Shown: in pieces, positions 1-7,514 of the stretch | How positions within the stretch are numbered: position 1 is the first letter of the stretch | Layout of the letters: every line of letters begins with the position of its first letter | Virus record (IMG/VR): IMGVR_UViG_3300022916_000053 | Location: 1 to 34,310 of that record | Origin: a virus | Lineage: Duplodnaviria > Caudoviricetes | Direction: 5' to 3' (one strand) | DNA length: 34,310 nucleotides | Position numbers and translations under genes: made by a program | Notes under the pieces: generated by a model | Told to the model about the DNA's origin: nothing | Database searches by the model: none | What the model saw: only the letters and a program-made list of their open reading frames with translations

Positions 1-150
1 GAAGACGCTGAGGCTAGTGCGGAACTCAAACACGTTGACGCGGTATGCCCTATGTGCAAGAATCCTAACGGTAACATGCTGCTAGGTGAGCTAGCGGGTG
101 TAGTGCAAATCAGGTGCCGTGCATGCGGTGCCACATTCAGAACGGAGTAG
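1..150 (+). CDS. Zinc-ribbon protein, 5'-truncated by window edge
   Basis: Frame 1 is open from base 1 to TAG at 148-150: ...AVCPMCKNPNGNMLLGELAGVVQIRCRACGATFRTE*, with two CxxC pairs. Confidence 0.65.
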   Translation, partial: EDAEASAELKHVDAVCPMCKNPNGNMLLGELAGVVQIRCRACGATFRTE

Positions 151-153
151 ACT

Positions 154-735
154 ATGCGCGGATCATGGCGGAATATCGTAGCGGTGTACGAGGCCGCGAG
201 TGAGGAGGAGAAGCGGGAGGGTGCCGAGTGGTATGGGAAAGCTAACAAGGTGGCGTACAAGATCGGCCATGAAGTTGACCCGTATTGCAACGGCCTAGTG
301 CCTGACGCTATCGACAAGATTAGGTGCGGGGCCGGGATACTCGCAGCACTAAGTCCTAGAATGCCATGGCCTAGGAATGTAGAGCTTGGAATGGCAGTGT
401 CCGAGGGTAAGGACATTAAAGCCCTTGGGATGTCAATACGCAAGGTCAAGAGAATCGTGGACGGCGAGGACCCTGGCGAGGTGGTCAAGGGGCCTAAAGA
501 GTTCGCATTCTTCCTGAATATAGCTTATGCAGGCCAGTGTGACGCGGTAACAATCGACACCCATGCCCTAGCCATATACATGGGGCGGAAGGTAAATAGT
601 AAAATGTATGGGAGGTTATCACGGAAGGGTGAATATGCTAGGATCGAGAGAGCTTACCAGCGAGCGGCTAAAGAGGTCGGGGTGCCGGTTAGCACAATGC
701 AGGCCACCACATGGGTGGCATGGAGGAACAAGTGA
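154..735 (+). CDS. Phage protein with helix-hairpin-helix DNA-glycosylase-like motifs (DUF7178-like)
   Basis: 193 aa, GGAG RBS. GAEWY, AALSPR, KGPK..AF and VTIDTH resemble the HhH hairpin (G.K) and catalytic vDtH of EndoIII-family glycosylases; ends MQATTW. Confidence 0.6.
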   Translation: MRGSWRNIVAVYEAASEEEKREGAEWYGKANKVAYKIGHEVDPYCNGLVPDAIDKIRCGAGILAALSPRMPWPRNVELGMAVSEGKDIKALGMSIRKVKRIVDGEDPGEVVKGPKEFAFFLNIAYAGQCDAVTIDTHALAIYMGRKVNSKMYGRLSRKGEYARIERAYQRAAKEVGVPVSTMQATTWVAWRNK

Positions 736-1076
736 CCAAGTACAAACCGATTTTCCTGAAGACACACGGCATGGGCGAGGCTCTGAAGGAGTATTTTGAA
801 TGCAGGGGCTACCATTTTCGCGGTGGGAATACCCCGGAGGACCACAAATTCCTTATCCTCGGGGCGTTTGATGAGAACCCCACCACGGAAATGGGTGCGT
901 CAGACGACCCCAGCCTGTGGAATGATGATGGGGGCAGGGTTGTAGGATTTGAGGAATTCTGCAAGGGTGTCCAGACGAAAGAGCCCGAGAAAATGATCAC
1001 CGTGAAGGGCAAGGAGTACAGCGAAGACAGCGTGGACATGATGATCCGGGCCTACGTTAACGGGAAGGGCGAATGA
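732..1076 (+). CDS. Hypothetical protein
   Basis: GTG at 732 overlaps the upstream TGA (GTGA); GGAGG RBS at 722-726. Confidence 0.7.
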   Translation: MTKYKPIFLKTHGMGEALKEYFECRGYHFRGGNTPEDHKFLILGAFDENPTTEMGASDDPSLWNDDGGRVVGFEEFCKGVQTKEPEKMITVKGKEYSEDSVDMMIRAYVNGKGE

Positions 1077-1387
1077 TGCCCCATATCCGCCGAGCATACA
1101 AGCTGTTCAGACAGCGCAAGGATGGCACACTAGGCCCGCTGTTTATAGGGGCGAGGCAGCGCGTACCTTTAGGGGAGTGGCTTGAGGCGGAGGACATACC
1201 TACTAAGGGCTACGCTCACCGGCCAGGGTGGCACAGTGGGCGTAGGCCTGAAGCCCCGCACCTGACGGAGAAAGGTAGGGTATGGTGCGAGGTCTGGATC
1301 AGAGACTACGAGAGTTACCGCCGGCCCGAGAGCCAGGGTGGTGAGTGGTTGATCTCTAAGTGGCTCAAGGTGGTGAGGGTTCTGTGA
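1073..1387 (+). CDS. Small phage protein resembling a domain of large polyvalent proteins (possible ART-like fold)
   Basis: AYKLFR...LGPLFI...VPLGEWLEAE...GYAHRPGWH...P.APHL...RVWCEV pattern recalled from phage proteins; ATGA-coupled to upstream gene. Fold assignment is inference. Confidence 0.55.
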   Translation: MMPHIRRAYKLFRQRKDGTLGPLFIGARQRVPLGEWLEAEDIPTKGYAHRPGWHSGRRPEAPHLTEKGRVWCEVWIRDYESYRRPESQGGEWLISKWLKVVRVL

Positions 1388-1974
1388 AGTATCTGCTAAG
1401 CAGGTATCAGTACCTACTGCTGAGGATGGCGCATGAGGGCAGGATCTTGGGCCTAGTGGTAGGCCCACGCCCTGCCGCTGAGATTTACGACATACCGGAA
1501 GGAGACATACCTGAGTGGTTGCCGGCAGTGTGTGCCAAGATGCCGGGGCCGCAGACTAACGAGACCCTGAGGCGTAGGCTGGAGCACATCGTCAAGGTGC
1601 TCGAACACAAGAATCTGCTCAAGCGCAAGTGGCTGGCGAGTAAGCCCACACGGACGCTCTCGTGGACGATAACCAACAAGGGGGTACGGTGGCTAGGGAA
1701 GGCCAAGAACTTTGCGTTAGGGAGGCGTGCGGCCCCCCTAAAGGGCACTATAACGCTACGCTGGAGGGCCTCCACGGTAGGTGGGAGGCAGAGATGGTAC
1801 TGTCCCGCACTGCTGGACTATGACTGGCAGGGGATCATTGAGAAGAAGACAGGGAGGTATCGCTGGCAGCTAACCAACCCTGAGGGAGTGTGTTCAGGGT
1901 GGATTGAGGCAGAAATACCTGGAATAGTGGGGGCCAAGGCGGAGGTCGAGGCCACATTTAGGAAGTACCTGTGA
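1384..1974 (+). CDS. Basic hypothetical protein, possible winged-helix N-terminal domain
   Basis: GTG at 1384 overlaps the upstream stop; 'LEHIVKVLEHKNLL...WTITNKG' resembles a wHTH wing; Arg/Lys-rich. Confidence 0.6.
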   Translation: MKYLLSRYQYLLLRMAHEGRILGLVVGPRPAAEIYDIPEGDIPEWLPAVCAKMPGPQTNETLRRRLEHIVKVLEHKNLLKRKWLASKPTRTLSWTITNKGVRWLGKAKNFALGRRAAPLKGTITLRWRASTVGGRQRWYCPALLDYDWQGIIEKKTGRYRWQLTNPEGVCSGWIEAEIPGIVGAKAEVEATFRKYL

Positions 1975-1983
1975 AGAAAATCC

Positions 1984-2013
1984 TTGACACCTCACAGAAA
2001 ATCTGTGTAACCT
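1984..2013 (+). promoter_or_regulatory. Sigma70-type promoter with a palindromic operator in its spacer
   Basis: TTGACA (1984-1989), 18-bp spacer, TAACCT (2008-2013) in an intergenic gap; spacer holds CACAGA-AAA-TCTGTG (1993-2007). Confidence 0.65.
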
Positions 2014-2069
2014 AGCGGGTGGTGGCAGGGAAAGAGAAGATAAGAACTAAGAAAGAAAGGTATTAGAGC

Positions 2070-2480
2070 ATGAGACACTGGCTGGGTGATCTAGCAATCT
2101 CATTGGCTGCAGTAGGCGTAGGGTTCCTGATCGGGTACGGTGTGGGCCAGCCCAAGACTGTCACTGAGATCAGGGTAGTGGATCGCATTGTATGTGAGCC
2201 CCACTACCTGTACAACGAGTACATACTTCATGGTGTGAAGCAGGGCGAGAGCCTGAGTAGCATTGCGGGCCACTACTATGGCGAGGCGGGTATGTGGCGT
2301 ATCATTGCCGGCGCTAATGAAGACGTAGTCACGGGTATCAATATGGTGTACCCTTACGAGGTGCTGCGCATCCCGGTGTGGGGCGCATGGCAGGAGGTAG
2401 AGGGGCCCGGCAGCGGTGTAATGGCCGACTCCCTGGCAACGGATGCCCACTTCGAGCAATACGATTGGGGGACACCATGA
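2070..2480 (+). CDS. Membrane-anchored LysM-domain protein
   Basis: N-terminal hydrophobic helix (LAISLAAVGVGFLIGYGVG) and LysM motif HGVKQGESLSSIAGHYYG...WRIIAGAN...VYPYEVLRIP. Confidence 0.8.
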   Translation: MRHWLGDLAISLAAVGVGFLIGYGVGQPKTVTEIRVVDRIVCEPHYLYNEYILHGVKQGESLSSIAGHYYGEAGMWRIIAGANEDVVTGINMVYPYEVLRIPVWGAWQEVEGPGSGVMADSLATDAHFEQYDWGTP

Positions 2481-3193
2481 CCGCCAACAAACTAGCCACC
2501 CTTCTTGTGCGTAAGCATGAGCTAGGCGGCAACGAACACTTAGCCGGGACACTGATCTGCGACAAGTGTGGGAAGCCGTGGAAGGAATGTAGCGGTGTGC
2601 GCGAAGCGTGGTTGTGTGACGAAATCATGCGACAAGCGGCTTGCCCGGCGGGAACAATCACTGGGCGCGACATCATAGCAGGAATGAAGATGGGCATAGT
2701 ATGCCCCGGCGGCTCCCCCACTATCGCTGTCGGCCTGAACCTCTACGCCCGAAAGCTGTGTGACGCGGCGATCAACGCACAACTCGTCCACGATCTAGCC
2801 GAGAACGAGAAGCAAGTGCGGGAGTGGTTGGGATACGAGAAGCTGACCGAGCAAGAAGCGGGTGCAGGGTTTGAGGTCAGAGACTACTTCGACCTGCTTT
2901 CTAGCAACCGTCAAGCAGCCCTGCTGGATCTAGCACATTGGGGGAATATCCAGAGCGGGAAGAAGCTGCGTCGATATATCCTTGACGCCATTCAATGCGA
3001 GATCCCCATCTCTAAGTCCGGAGCATACGAGTTGGCCGCGCAAGAGATCTTGTTTAAGGACGGGCTTAACGAAAGCAAGGGCCGCTCCGGCTGGTATGAC
3101 ATCAGCCCCACACGGGCCGAGGAACTAGCCAAGATCATAGAGACTGACGAACTGCCCGCAGGGGCAACACAAGGAGAGAGCAATGAACTGTGA
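2477..3193 (+). CDS. GH24/T4-type lysozyme-like protein with a Cys-rich insertion
   Basis: ATG 2477 (ATGA overlap). RKHE, CPGGSPTIAVGLNL, RQAALLDLA, AAQEIL, SGWY...TRAEELAKIIET follow the phage lysozyme order (HEG, C.AG..TIG.G.NL, RQ.AL.DM, AA.EML.S.W, RA..LA). Confidence 0.65.
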   Translation: MTANKLATLLVRKHELGGNEHLAGTLICDKCGKPWKECSGVREAWLCDEIMRQAACPAGTITGRDIIAGMKMGIVCPGGSPTIAVGLNLYARKLCDAAINAQLVHDLAENEKQVREWLGYEKLTEQEAGAGFEVRDYFDLLSSNRQAALLDLAHWGNIQSGKKLRRYILDAIQCEIPISKSGAYELAAQEILFKDGLNESKGRSGWYDISPTRAEELAKIIETDELPAGATQGESNEL

Positions 3194-3488
3194 ATCTAAA
3201 TTGAGCAAGATCAAGGACATCGTGTCCGACGAGGCAACTGGCGATCTCAGCATCGTTGTATTGCATCGTGGGTGGGTATTTGTCGGAGAACTATCAGATA
3301 GCAAGAGCGGAGGCTTGCGGCTAGGCAATGTCCGCAATGTCCGCAAATGGGATTCAGGGGGATTCGGTAGACTGACCCGTGGTGCCAAGTCTAGCGGTGC
3401 CGTTTTGGACGCCGCGCAGCCGATGGAGTTTTATGCGGACGCAATGATCTTCAGCGCTGCGTTGCCGGAGGGATGGGATAATGCCTAA
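3183..3488 (+). CDS. Small beta-rich phage protein (DUF6948-like, putative Sm/SH3-like barrel)
   Basis: IVVLHRGWVFVG...LRLGNVRNVRKW...GFGRL..G...VLD motif, recalled from phage proteins that precede Gly-X repeat ORFs; AGGAG RBS. Confidence 0.7.
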   Translation: MNCESKLSKIKDIVSDEATGDLSIVVLHRGWVFVGELSDSKSGGLRLGNVRNVRKWDSGGFGRLTRGAKSSGAVLDAAQPMEFYADAMIFSAALPEGWDNA

Positions 3489-3711
3489 CAATTATGGCTC
3501 TGGCGATGGCTATGGCTATGGCTTTGGCTATGGCTATGGCTATGGCTCTGGCGATGGCTTTGGCTATGGCTCTGGCTTTGGCTCTGGCTCTGGCTATGGC
3601 TATGGCTATAGCGATGGCTCTGGCTCTGGCTCTGGCTATGGCTTTGGCTTTGGCTCTGGCTATAGCGATGGCTATGGCTCTGGTGAACCGACACTTGCCA
3701 GGAACGATTAA
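3481..3711 (+). CDS. Gly-X (X = Y/S/F/D) low-complexity repeat protein
   Basis: 76 aa; ATG overlaps the upstream gene by 8 nt, GGAGG/GGGA upstream; residues ~5-68 alternate G with Y/S/F/D. Confidence 0.65.
   Translation: MPNNYGSGDGYGYGFGYGYGYGSGDGFGYGSGFGSGSGYGYGYSDGSGSGSGYGFGFGSGYSDGYGSGEPTLARND
3493..3684. repeat. Degenerate 6-bp tandem repeat (GGCTAT/GGCTCT/GGCTTT/GGCGAT), about 32 units
   Basis: Read directly; two units have AGC in place of GGC. Confidence 0.95.
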
Positions 3712-3735
3712 CCGCCCTCATGGGCAAAGGGGGAG

Positions 3736-3921
3736 GTGATGAGTGAGCCAAATGATGTTTGCCAAGACCGCGACCCGAACTTCAGGGGCCAGCGCGGGAA
3801 ATTATATCTCGTGCGGTGCTTTGCTTGCGAACCAAAGCGTGGGCGGGAGAATTACGGCCCATCTGTGGCATTAGGGGTATGTGTGTTCTGTGGCTGGAGC
3901 GAGGAGACCCAAGATGACTGA
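3736..3921 (+). CDS. Small zinc-finger protein
   Basis: CFAC...CVFCG; GGGGAGG upstream (start is GTG 3736 or a following ATG). Confidence 0.65.
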   Translation: MMSEPNDVCQDRDPNFRGQRGKLYLVRCFACEPKRGRENYGPSVALGVCVFCGWSEETQDD

Positions 3922-4141
3922 CACCGCAGGTGATTACCCGAAGCGCGAAGCGCAAGCTGATGGCGTTAGCCAGCAAGCCGTAAGTAGGGAAGAAGTGATT
4001 GCGTGGCTCAAGGGTGCAAACTGGGACGGCAAAGTCATGCCGATTATCCAAGCCACCCTAGACTTGCTTCAAGGTGAGCGGAGCGAACACATCTCCTGCC
4101 ATGACCCGAAGCAACTAGAAGGGGGAGCCGATGCTAAGTGA
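3914..4141 (+). CDS. Hypothetical protein
   Basis: ATG at 3914 (MTDTAG...) with GAGGAG RBS, overlapping the upstream gene end. Confidence 0.6.
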   Translation: MTDTAGDYPKREAQADGVSQQAVSREEVIAWLKGANWDGKVMPIIQATLDLLQGERSEHISCHDPKQLEGGADAK

Positions 4142-4550
4142 AGAACTGAAGGCCCTAGAGACCGAAACAAGAGAAGCAGAAAAGCTCACTCGGGAAGATG
4201 CCTTTGAGTGGCTGGATCAATCTGGGCCGAATGTTGGGATGCCGCCATACAGCCATCGCCACGTGCTAGCAATCATTCGGCTGATGCGTGACGGTGAGGC
4301 CGCAACCGCCGAACTAGACCGCCTAGCTGACCGCATCACCAAGCTAGAGGGAGCGATGCGCGCATGGTGGCTGTCTAAGCGGCCTGTCGCCTGGGGCGAA
4401 AAAGAACACCGCGATTCTCCGAATGTGAATCTAGTCACGGACACGGAAAAAGGCCTTGCCGCCGCACTAGAAGGGGACTGTGAGCCTACTGCTAATCTAG
4501 GCAAGGTTAGCAATAGCCTAGTAGTTGAACCCAAAGTTGAGGGGGAGTGA
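4131..4550 (+). CDS. Hypothetical helical protein
   Basis: 139 aa, GGGGGAG RBS, coupled to neighbours. Confidence 0.65.
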   Translation: MLSEELKALETETREAEKLTREDAFEWLDQSGPNVGMPPYSHRHVLAIIRLMRDGEAATAELDRLADRITKLEGAMRAWWLSKRPVAWGEKEHRDSPNVNLVTDTEKGLAAALEGDCEPTANLGKVSNSLVVEPKVEGE

Positions 4551-4723
4551 TGCGAGTAATCGAAGTCGAGAGGTGTGGAATAGACCATTGCCCACACTGC
4601 TTCCCGCACGAAACAGCACAGGGCGTGAACTACTGCCATGCTTATGAGACACCACCTGAGATCCATGCGGGAGTTAAAACATTCCCGCGAGTGTGCCCAC
4701 TACTCGCCAAAGACAGCGACTAA
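4550..4723 (+). CDS. Small Cys-rich protein (not in the ORF track)
   Basis: TGATG overlap; MRVIEVERCGIDHCPHCFPHETAQGVNYCHAYETPPEIHAGVKTFPRVCPLLAKDSD* (57 aa), C..CP..C...P..CPL pattern common in phage small proteins. Confidence 0.65.
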   Translation: MRVIEVERCGIDHCPHCFPHETAQGVNYCHAYETPPEIHAGVKTFPRVCPLLAKDSD

Positions 4724-4762
4724 ACCCTAACCCCGGCGACTAATCGCCAGAAGGGACGAAAC

Positions 4763-4945
4763 ATGAAACTAATCCTTATCACAATGGCCCTAGCCCTGCT
4801 AATGCCATGTGAAGCGCCGGAAGAACCTACCGCAAGCGATAGGGGGGACTCGATACTCCCTGAATTGATCGAGCCTTACATCTACTGCGGTGAGGGATAC
4901 TTAGAGCAGGGGCAGTCCTTTGGCTTTGCGTGGGGTGTGGAATGA
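4763..4945 (+). CDS. Small protein with signal-peptide-like N-terminus
   Basis: MKLILITMALALLMPC hydrophobic leader; AAGGGA RBS. Confidence 0.55.
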   Translation: MKLILITMALALLMPCEAPEEPTASDRGDSILPELIEPYIYCGEGYLEQGQSFGFAWGVE

Positions 4946-5031
4946 AACACTTCATTCGCACAGTAACATTTGCTCTGTGATTGTGCACAAATACCGAGGA
5001 AACACTTCAGCCTTAAAGAGAGGTATACAGT

Positions 5032-5241
5032 ATGTACGGTCCGAAGAATCACAAGTTTAGGTGGGATAGCGGATACGCCGAAGTCCCTGAGTGCGACCTG
5101 ATCCGCTCAGTTGAAATCGAACTAGCCCCGGATCTCCATGACCATGATGCCGAAGAGGTGCTGAGAGCCGTGATGCTGCTGATGGGCTTCAATGTCACGG
5201 ACAAGAACGGTGAGGAATGTCAGATGAGAAAGGAACCCTAA
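5032..5241 (+). CDS. Hypothetical protein
   Basis: 69 aa, GAGG RBS. Confidence 0.6.
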   Translation: MYGPKNHKFRWDSGYAEVPECDLIRSVEIELAPDLHDHDAEEVLRAVMLLMGFNVTDKNGEECQMRKEP

Positions 5242-5245
5242 GGGT

Positions 5246-5926
5246 ATGAAAAAAGACATAAATTTTCTGAAGGGCTTTGACGGGTCACACTTTTTAGAGA
5301 AGCGTGACTACCTTGGCTCGAGTGGCATAGGCCTGTGCATGCGCAAGGCCTGGTACAACGTGGCGTGGGCCAGGGGGTATGATGGGGTCATGGATCCCGA
5401 GGGCCCTGACCTCGAGTCCGTGTACAAGATGGGTGCCGGCAACGCCCTTGAGGGGTTGATCGTCAAGATGCTCGAGGCCTCTGGCTACAAGCTAGCCTTC
5501 ACAGGCGAGGGGCAGAACGTTGTCACCACTGATTGGGGGACTGAGGGCCACCCCGATGGCCTGATCATTGAAGACCCTGATGATGGGTGCGAGGGGTTCA
5601 TCCTCGAGGTGAAAACAACGGGGAGCCTCAAGTACGTCAGGGCTACGGGGCCGCCGGACTACCACCTGCACCAGACGGCTGACTACGTCTTCGGCAGTGG
5701 CGCTCCGGGCACCAAGTTCGTCTACCTGGAGCGGGGGTGGGGCAAGACCTCAACGATCATTGCCCACCGGCAGTTCCTCGAGCCGTACCGCGCGGAGAAT
5801 GAGAGGCGTGCCGGCGTGATCAACAAAGCCCTTGACACGGGTGATGTGAATGCGGTACCGTGCACACCACAGAGTTGGGAATGTAAAAGCTGCGGGTTTA
5901 GACATCAGTGCAGCGGGAAGGACTAA
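5246..5926 (+). CDS. Cas4-like PD-(D/E)XK exonuclease
   Basis: LGSSGIGLCMRKAWY, GHPDGLI, ILEVKT, HQTADY and C-terminal ECKSCGFRHQC (split 4-Cys Fe-S arrangement). Confidence 0.85.
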   Translation: MKKDINFLKGFDGSHFLEKRDYLGSSGIGLCMRKAWYNVAWARGYDGVMDPEGPDLESVYKMGAGNALEGLIVKMLEASGYKLAFTGEGQNVVTTDWGTEGHPDGLIIEDPDDGCEGFILEVKTTGSLKYVRATGPPDYHLHQTADYVFGSGAPGTKFVYLERGWGKTSTIIAHRQFLEPYRAENERRAGVINKALDTGDVNAVPCTPQSWECKSCGFRHQCSGKD

Positions 5927-5929
5927 CTC

Positions 5930-6136
5930 ATGGGACGAGTCAAGACCTGGGGCACATGCGATAAGTGCAGCGCAATGACGGTGCCACTAGGCAGACTGGG
6001 GCAGACGGGGCCTATCATAAAGGTAGTCTGCACGACATGTGGGACGGTTAACACTAGGAGGATCAGTGAAGAAGTACAAGACAGTAGGAGACCTCGAGCG
6101 CACGCTACGCGCACCACTCGAGTGCGGAGATATTAA
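5930..6136 (+). CDS. Small zinc-ribbon protein with basic tail
   Basis: CDKC...CTTCG; AAGGA RBS; the tail overlaps the next gene by 71 nt. Confidence 0.55.
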   Translation: MGRVKTWGTCDKCSAMTVPLGRLGQTGPIIKVVCTTCGTVNTRRISEEVQDSRRPRAHATRTTRVRRY

Positions 6137-6452
6137 GTGTGTGGTTCGGCGGCTCGATGAGGTGTTCGGCGCGGATGGGTGGAGTAGCAAGTATAGCGCT
6201 TGGCTCGATGAGAAGGACGGCCCAGGCCAGTCCATTATCTGTGAGCTTGAGTGCTATGTGTTCCTTCCCGAGGGGCCCGACTGGGGCAAGCACGGCCTGC
6301 ACAAGGTCACCAAAAGGGATGGGGCCGCGATGACAGGTGAGAAATATGCGTATGGTATCGAGGAAGCGTTCGACAAATCTTTGGCGCGTGCAGCAATGCA
6401 GCTTGGGATCAATAGCCAGGATGCTGCTCGGTGTAGAAAGACCGATGCATGA
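6066..6452 (+). CDS. Rad52/Rad22-family (Sak-like) single-strand annealing protein
   Basis: VVRRLDEVFGADGWS..Y, IICEL, VTKRDG, SLARAAMQLGI; GTG 6066 with AGGAGG RBS. Confidence 0.7.
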   Translation: MKKYKTVGDLERTLRAPLECGDIKCVVRRLDEVFGADGWSSKYSAWLDEKDGPGQSIICELECYVFLPEGPDWGKHGLHKVTKRDGAAMTGEKYAYGIEEAFDKSLARAAMQLGINSQDAARCRKTDA

Positions 6453-6984
6453 ACACGATGAACTGGACGAGCAACTCCTTGATGCGGACCTGTGGGAGAT
6501 GACTAGGATGCTGCAGCTAGGCAAGGTCAAGGTGGAGGTGCGCCCAACACCACTGCCTCGGGGCCCTCTTGAGGATGCCGGTAAGGTGTTCGGGGTGGGG
6601 GTGGAGTACCGCCCGTCCCCGTGCCCTATTTGCAATATGCGCCACTGGAATGATGAGGAAGCCGAGGCATGCTGTAACCCTGGGATACCTCTGCCGGCCA
6701 CAGTTATTGAACGTGTGGTGGAACTCATATGGCAGGGTGGGGGGCTGTACATGATCTGCAGTGGGCTAGGGTTTTGCGAGGAGAGGATCAAGCCCATCAC
6801 GGACATGGTAGATACCATCTATGCCAGAGAGCACGGGTTGTATGGTGCAGTCGGGAAACAGCGGGCCGTTAACGCCAGGGAGTCTAAGACCGTGACGATG
6901 TCCGGCAATCTGGGCAAGACATGGCCGCCTACCCGAGTACCACGCCATGAGGTAGAGAGGAGAGCGAGGATGATGTGCCTATGA
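6445..6984 (+). CDS. Hypothetical protein with CxxC/CC motif
   Basis: ATG 6445; CPICNMRHWNDEEAEACC motif. Confidence 0.6.
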   Translation: MHEHDELDEQLLDADLWEMTRMLQLGKVKVEVRPTPLPRGPLEDAGKVFGVGVEYRPSPCPICNMRHWNDEEAEACCNPGIPLPATVIERVVELIWQGGGLYMICSGLGFCEERIKPITDMVDTIYAREHGLYGAVGKQRAVNARESKTVTMSGNLGKTWPPTRVPRHEVERRARMMCL

Positions 6985-7514
6985 ATGTGCCCATAAGCAG
7001 AACCATCTACGTGGCGTGCGACCCAGGCAAGAATGTCTGTGCGTTCGCCTGTCACGACAGCGGGAAGCGGGGTAAGAACAAGTGGAGTATGTGGAAGATC
7101 GATATGCCCGAGAACTTTGGGGCACGGGCGGGAGCCGTCAGGGCATCACTCGAGGACCGCCTCAAGGCCGGTGCCCACGGTGTGTTTGTGGTGGAGGGCC
7201 AGTACGGTGGGCCGAACCAAGCCACTACCATCAGGCTGTCCAAAGTAGCCACCCTCGTCCAGTGTCAGGCCCTAGACGCTGGCTACACGCTGTTTAACAA
7301 TGGGCGAGTGAGCAAGAAGGGCCTCCCCGCCGAAGATGGTGAGGTTGCTGCCTCCACATGGCAGAGTTGGATGCGTGCCGGCGGTCAGACCGAGCGTGAT
7401 GACCGCAAGGCTATGGCTATGGGATATGCCCGTAAGCTGGTAGGCGTAGACCTCAACGACCAGGACATGGCTGACGCTGTGTGCATGGTAGATTGGATGA
7501 TGAAGAATGGATAG
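6975..7514 (+). CDS. RuvC-like Holliday junction resolvase
   Basis: YVACDPG (catalytic Asp), VFVVEGQY (Glu), W...K, DMADAVCM (C-terminal Asps). Confidence 0.8.
   Translation: MPMNVPISRTIYVACDPGKNVCAFACHDSGKRGKNKWSMWKIDMPENFGARAGAVRASLEDRLKAGAHGVFVVEGQYGGPNQATTIRLSKVATLVQCQALDAGYTLFNNGRVSKKGLPAEDGEVAASTWQSWMRAGGQTERDDRKAMAMGYARKLVGVDLNDQDMADAVCMVDWMMKNG

Noticed and set aside
3493-3684. CRISPR array or DGR variable region
   Set aside because: No repeat-spacer structure, no template/variable repeat pair and no reverse transcriptase in the window.
3485-3751. Alternative-frame ORFs (MA/LA)n on + and (SH/SQ)n on -
   Set aside because: Automatic by-products of a stop-free hexamer repeat; only the Gly-X frame has a coupled start and RBS.
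4735-4748. GGCGA-CTAA-TCGCC hairpin in a short intergenic gap
   Set aside because: 5-bp stem without a U tract; too weak to call a terminator.
5833-5862. Second TTGACA promoter inside the Cas4-like gene
   Set aside because: Poor -10 (TACCGT) and fully within coding sequence; cannot be supported.
5246-5926. CRISPR-associated cas4
   Set aside because: No cas1/cas2 or array; context is a phage recombination module, where solo Cas4-like nucleases are common.
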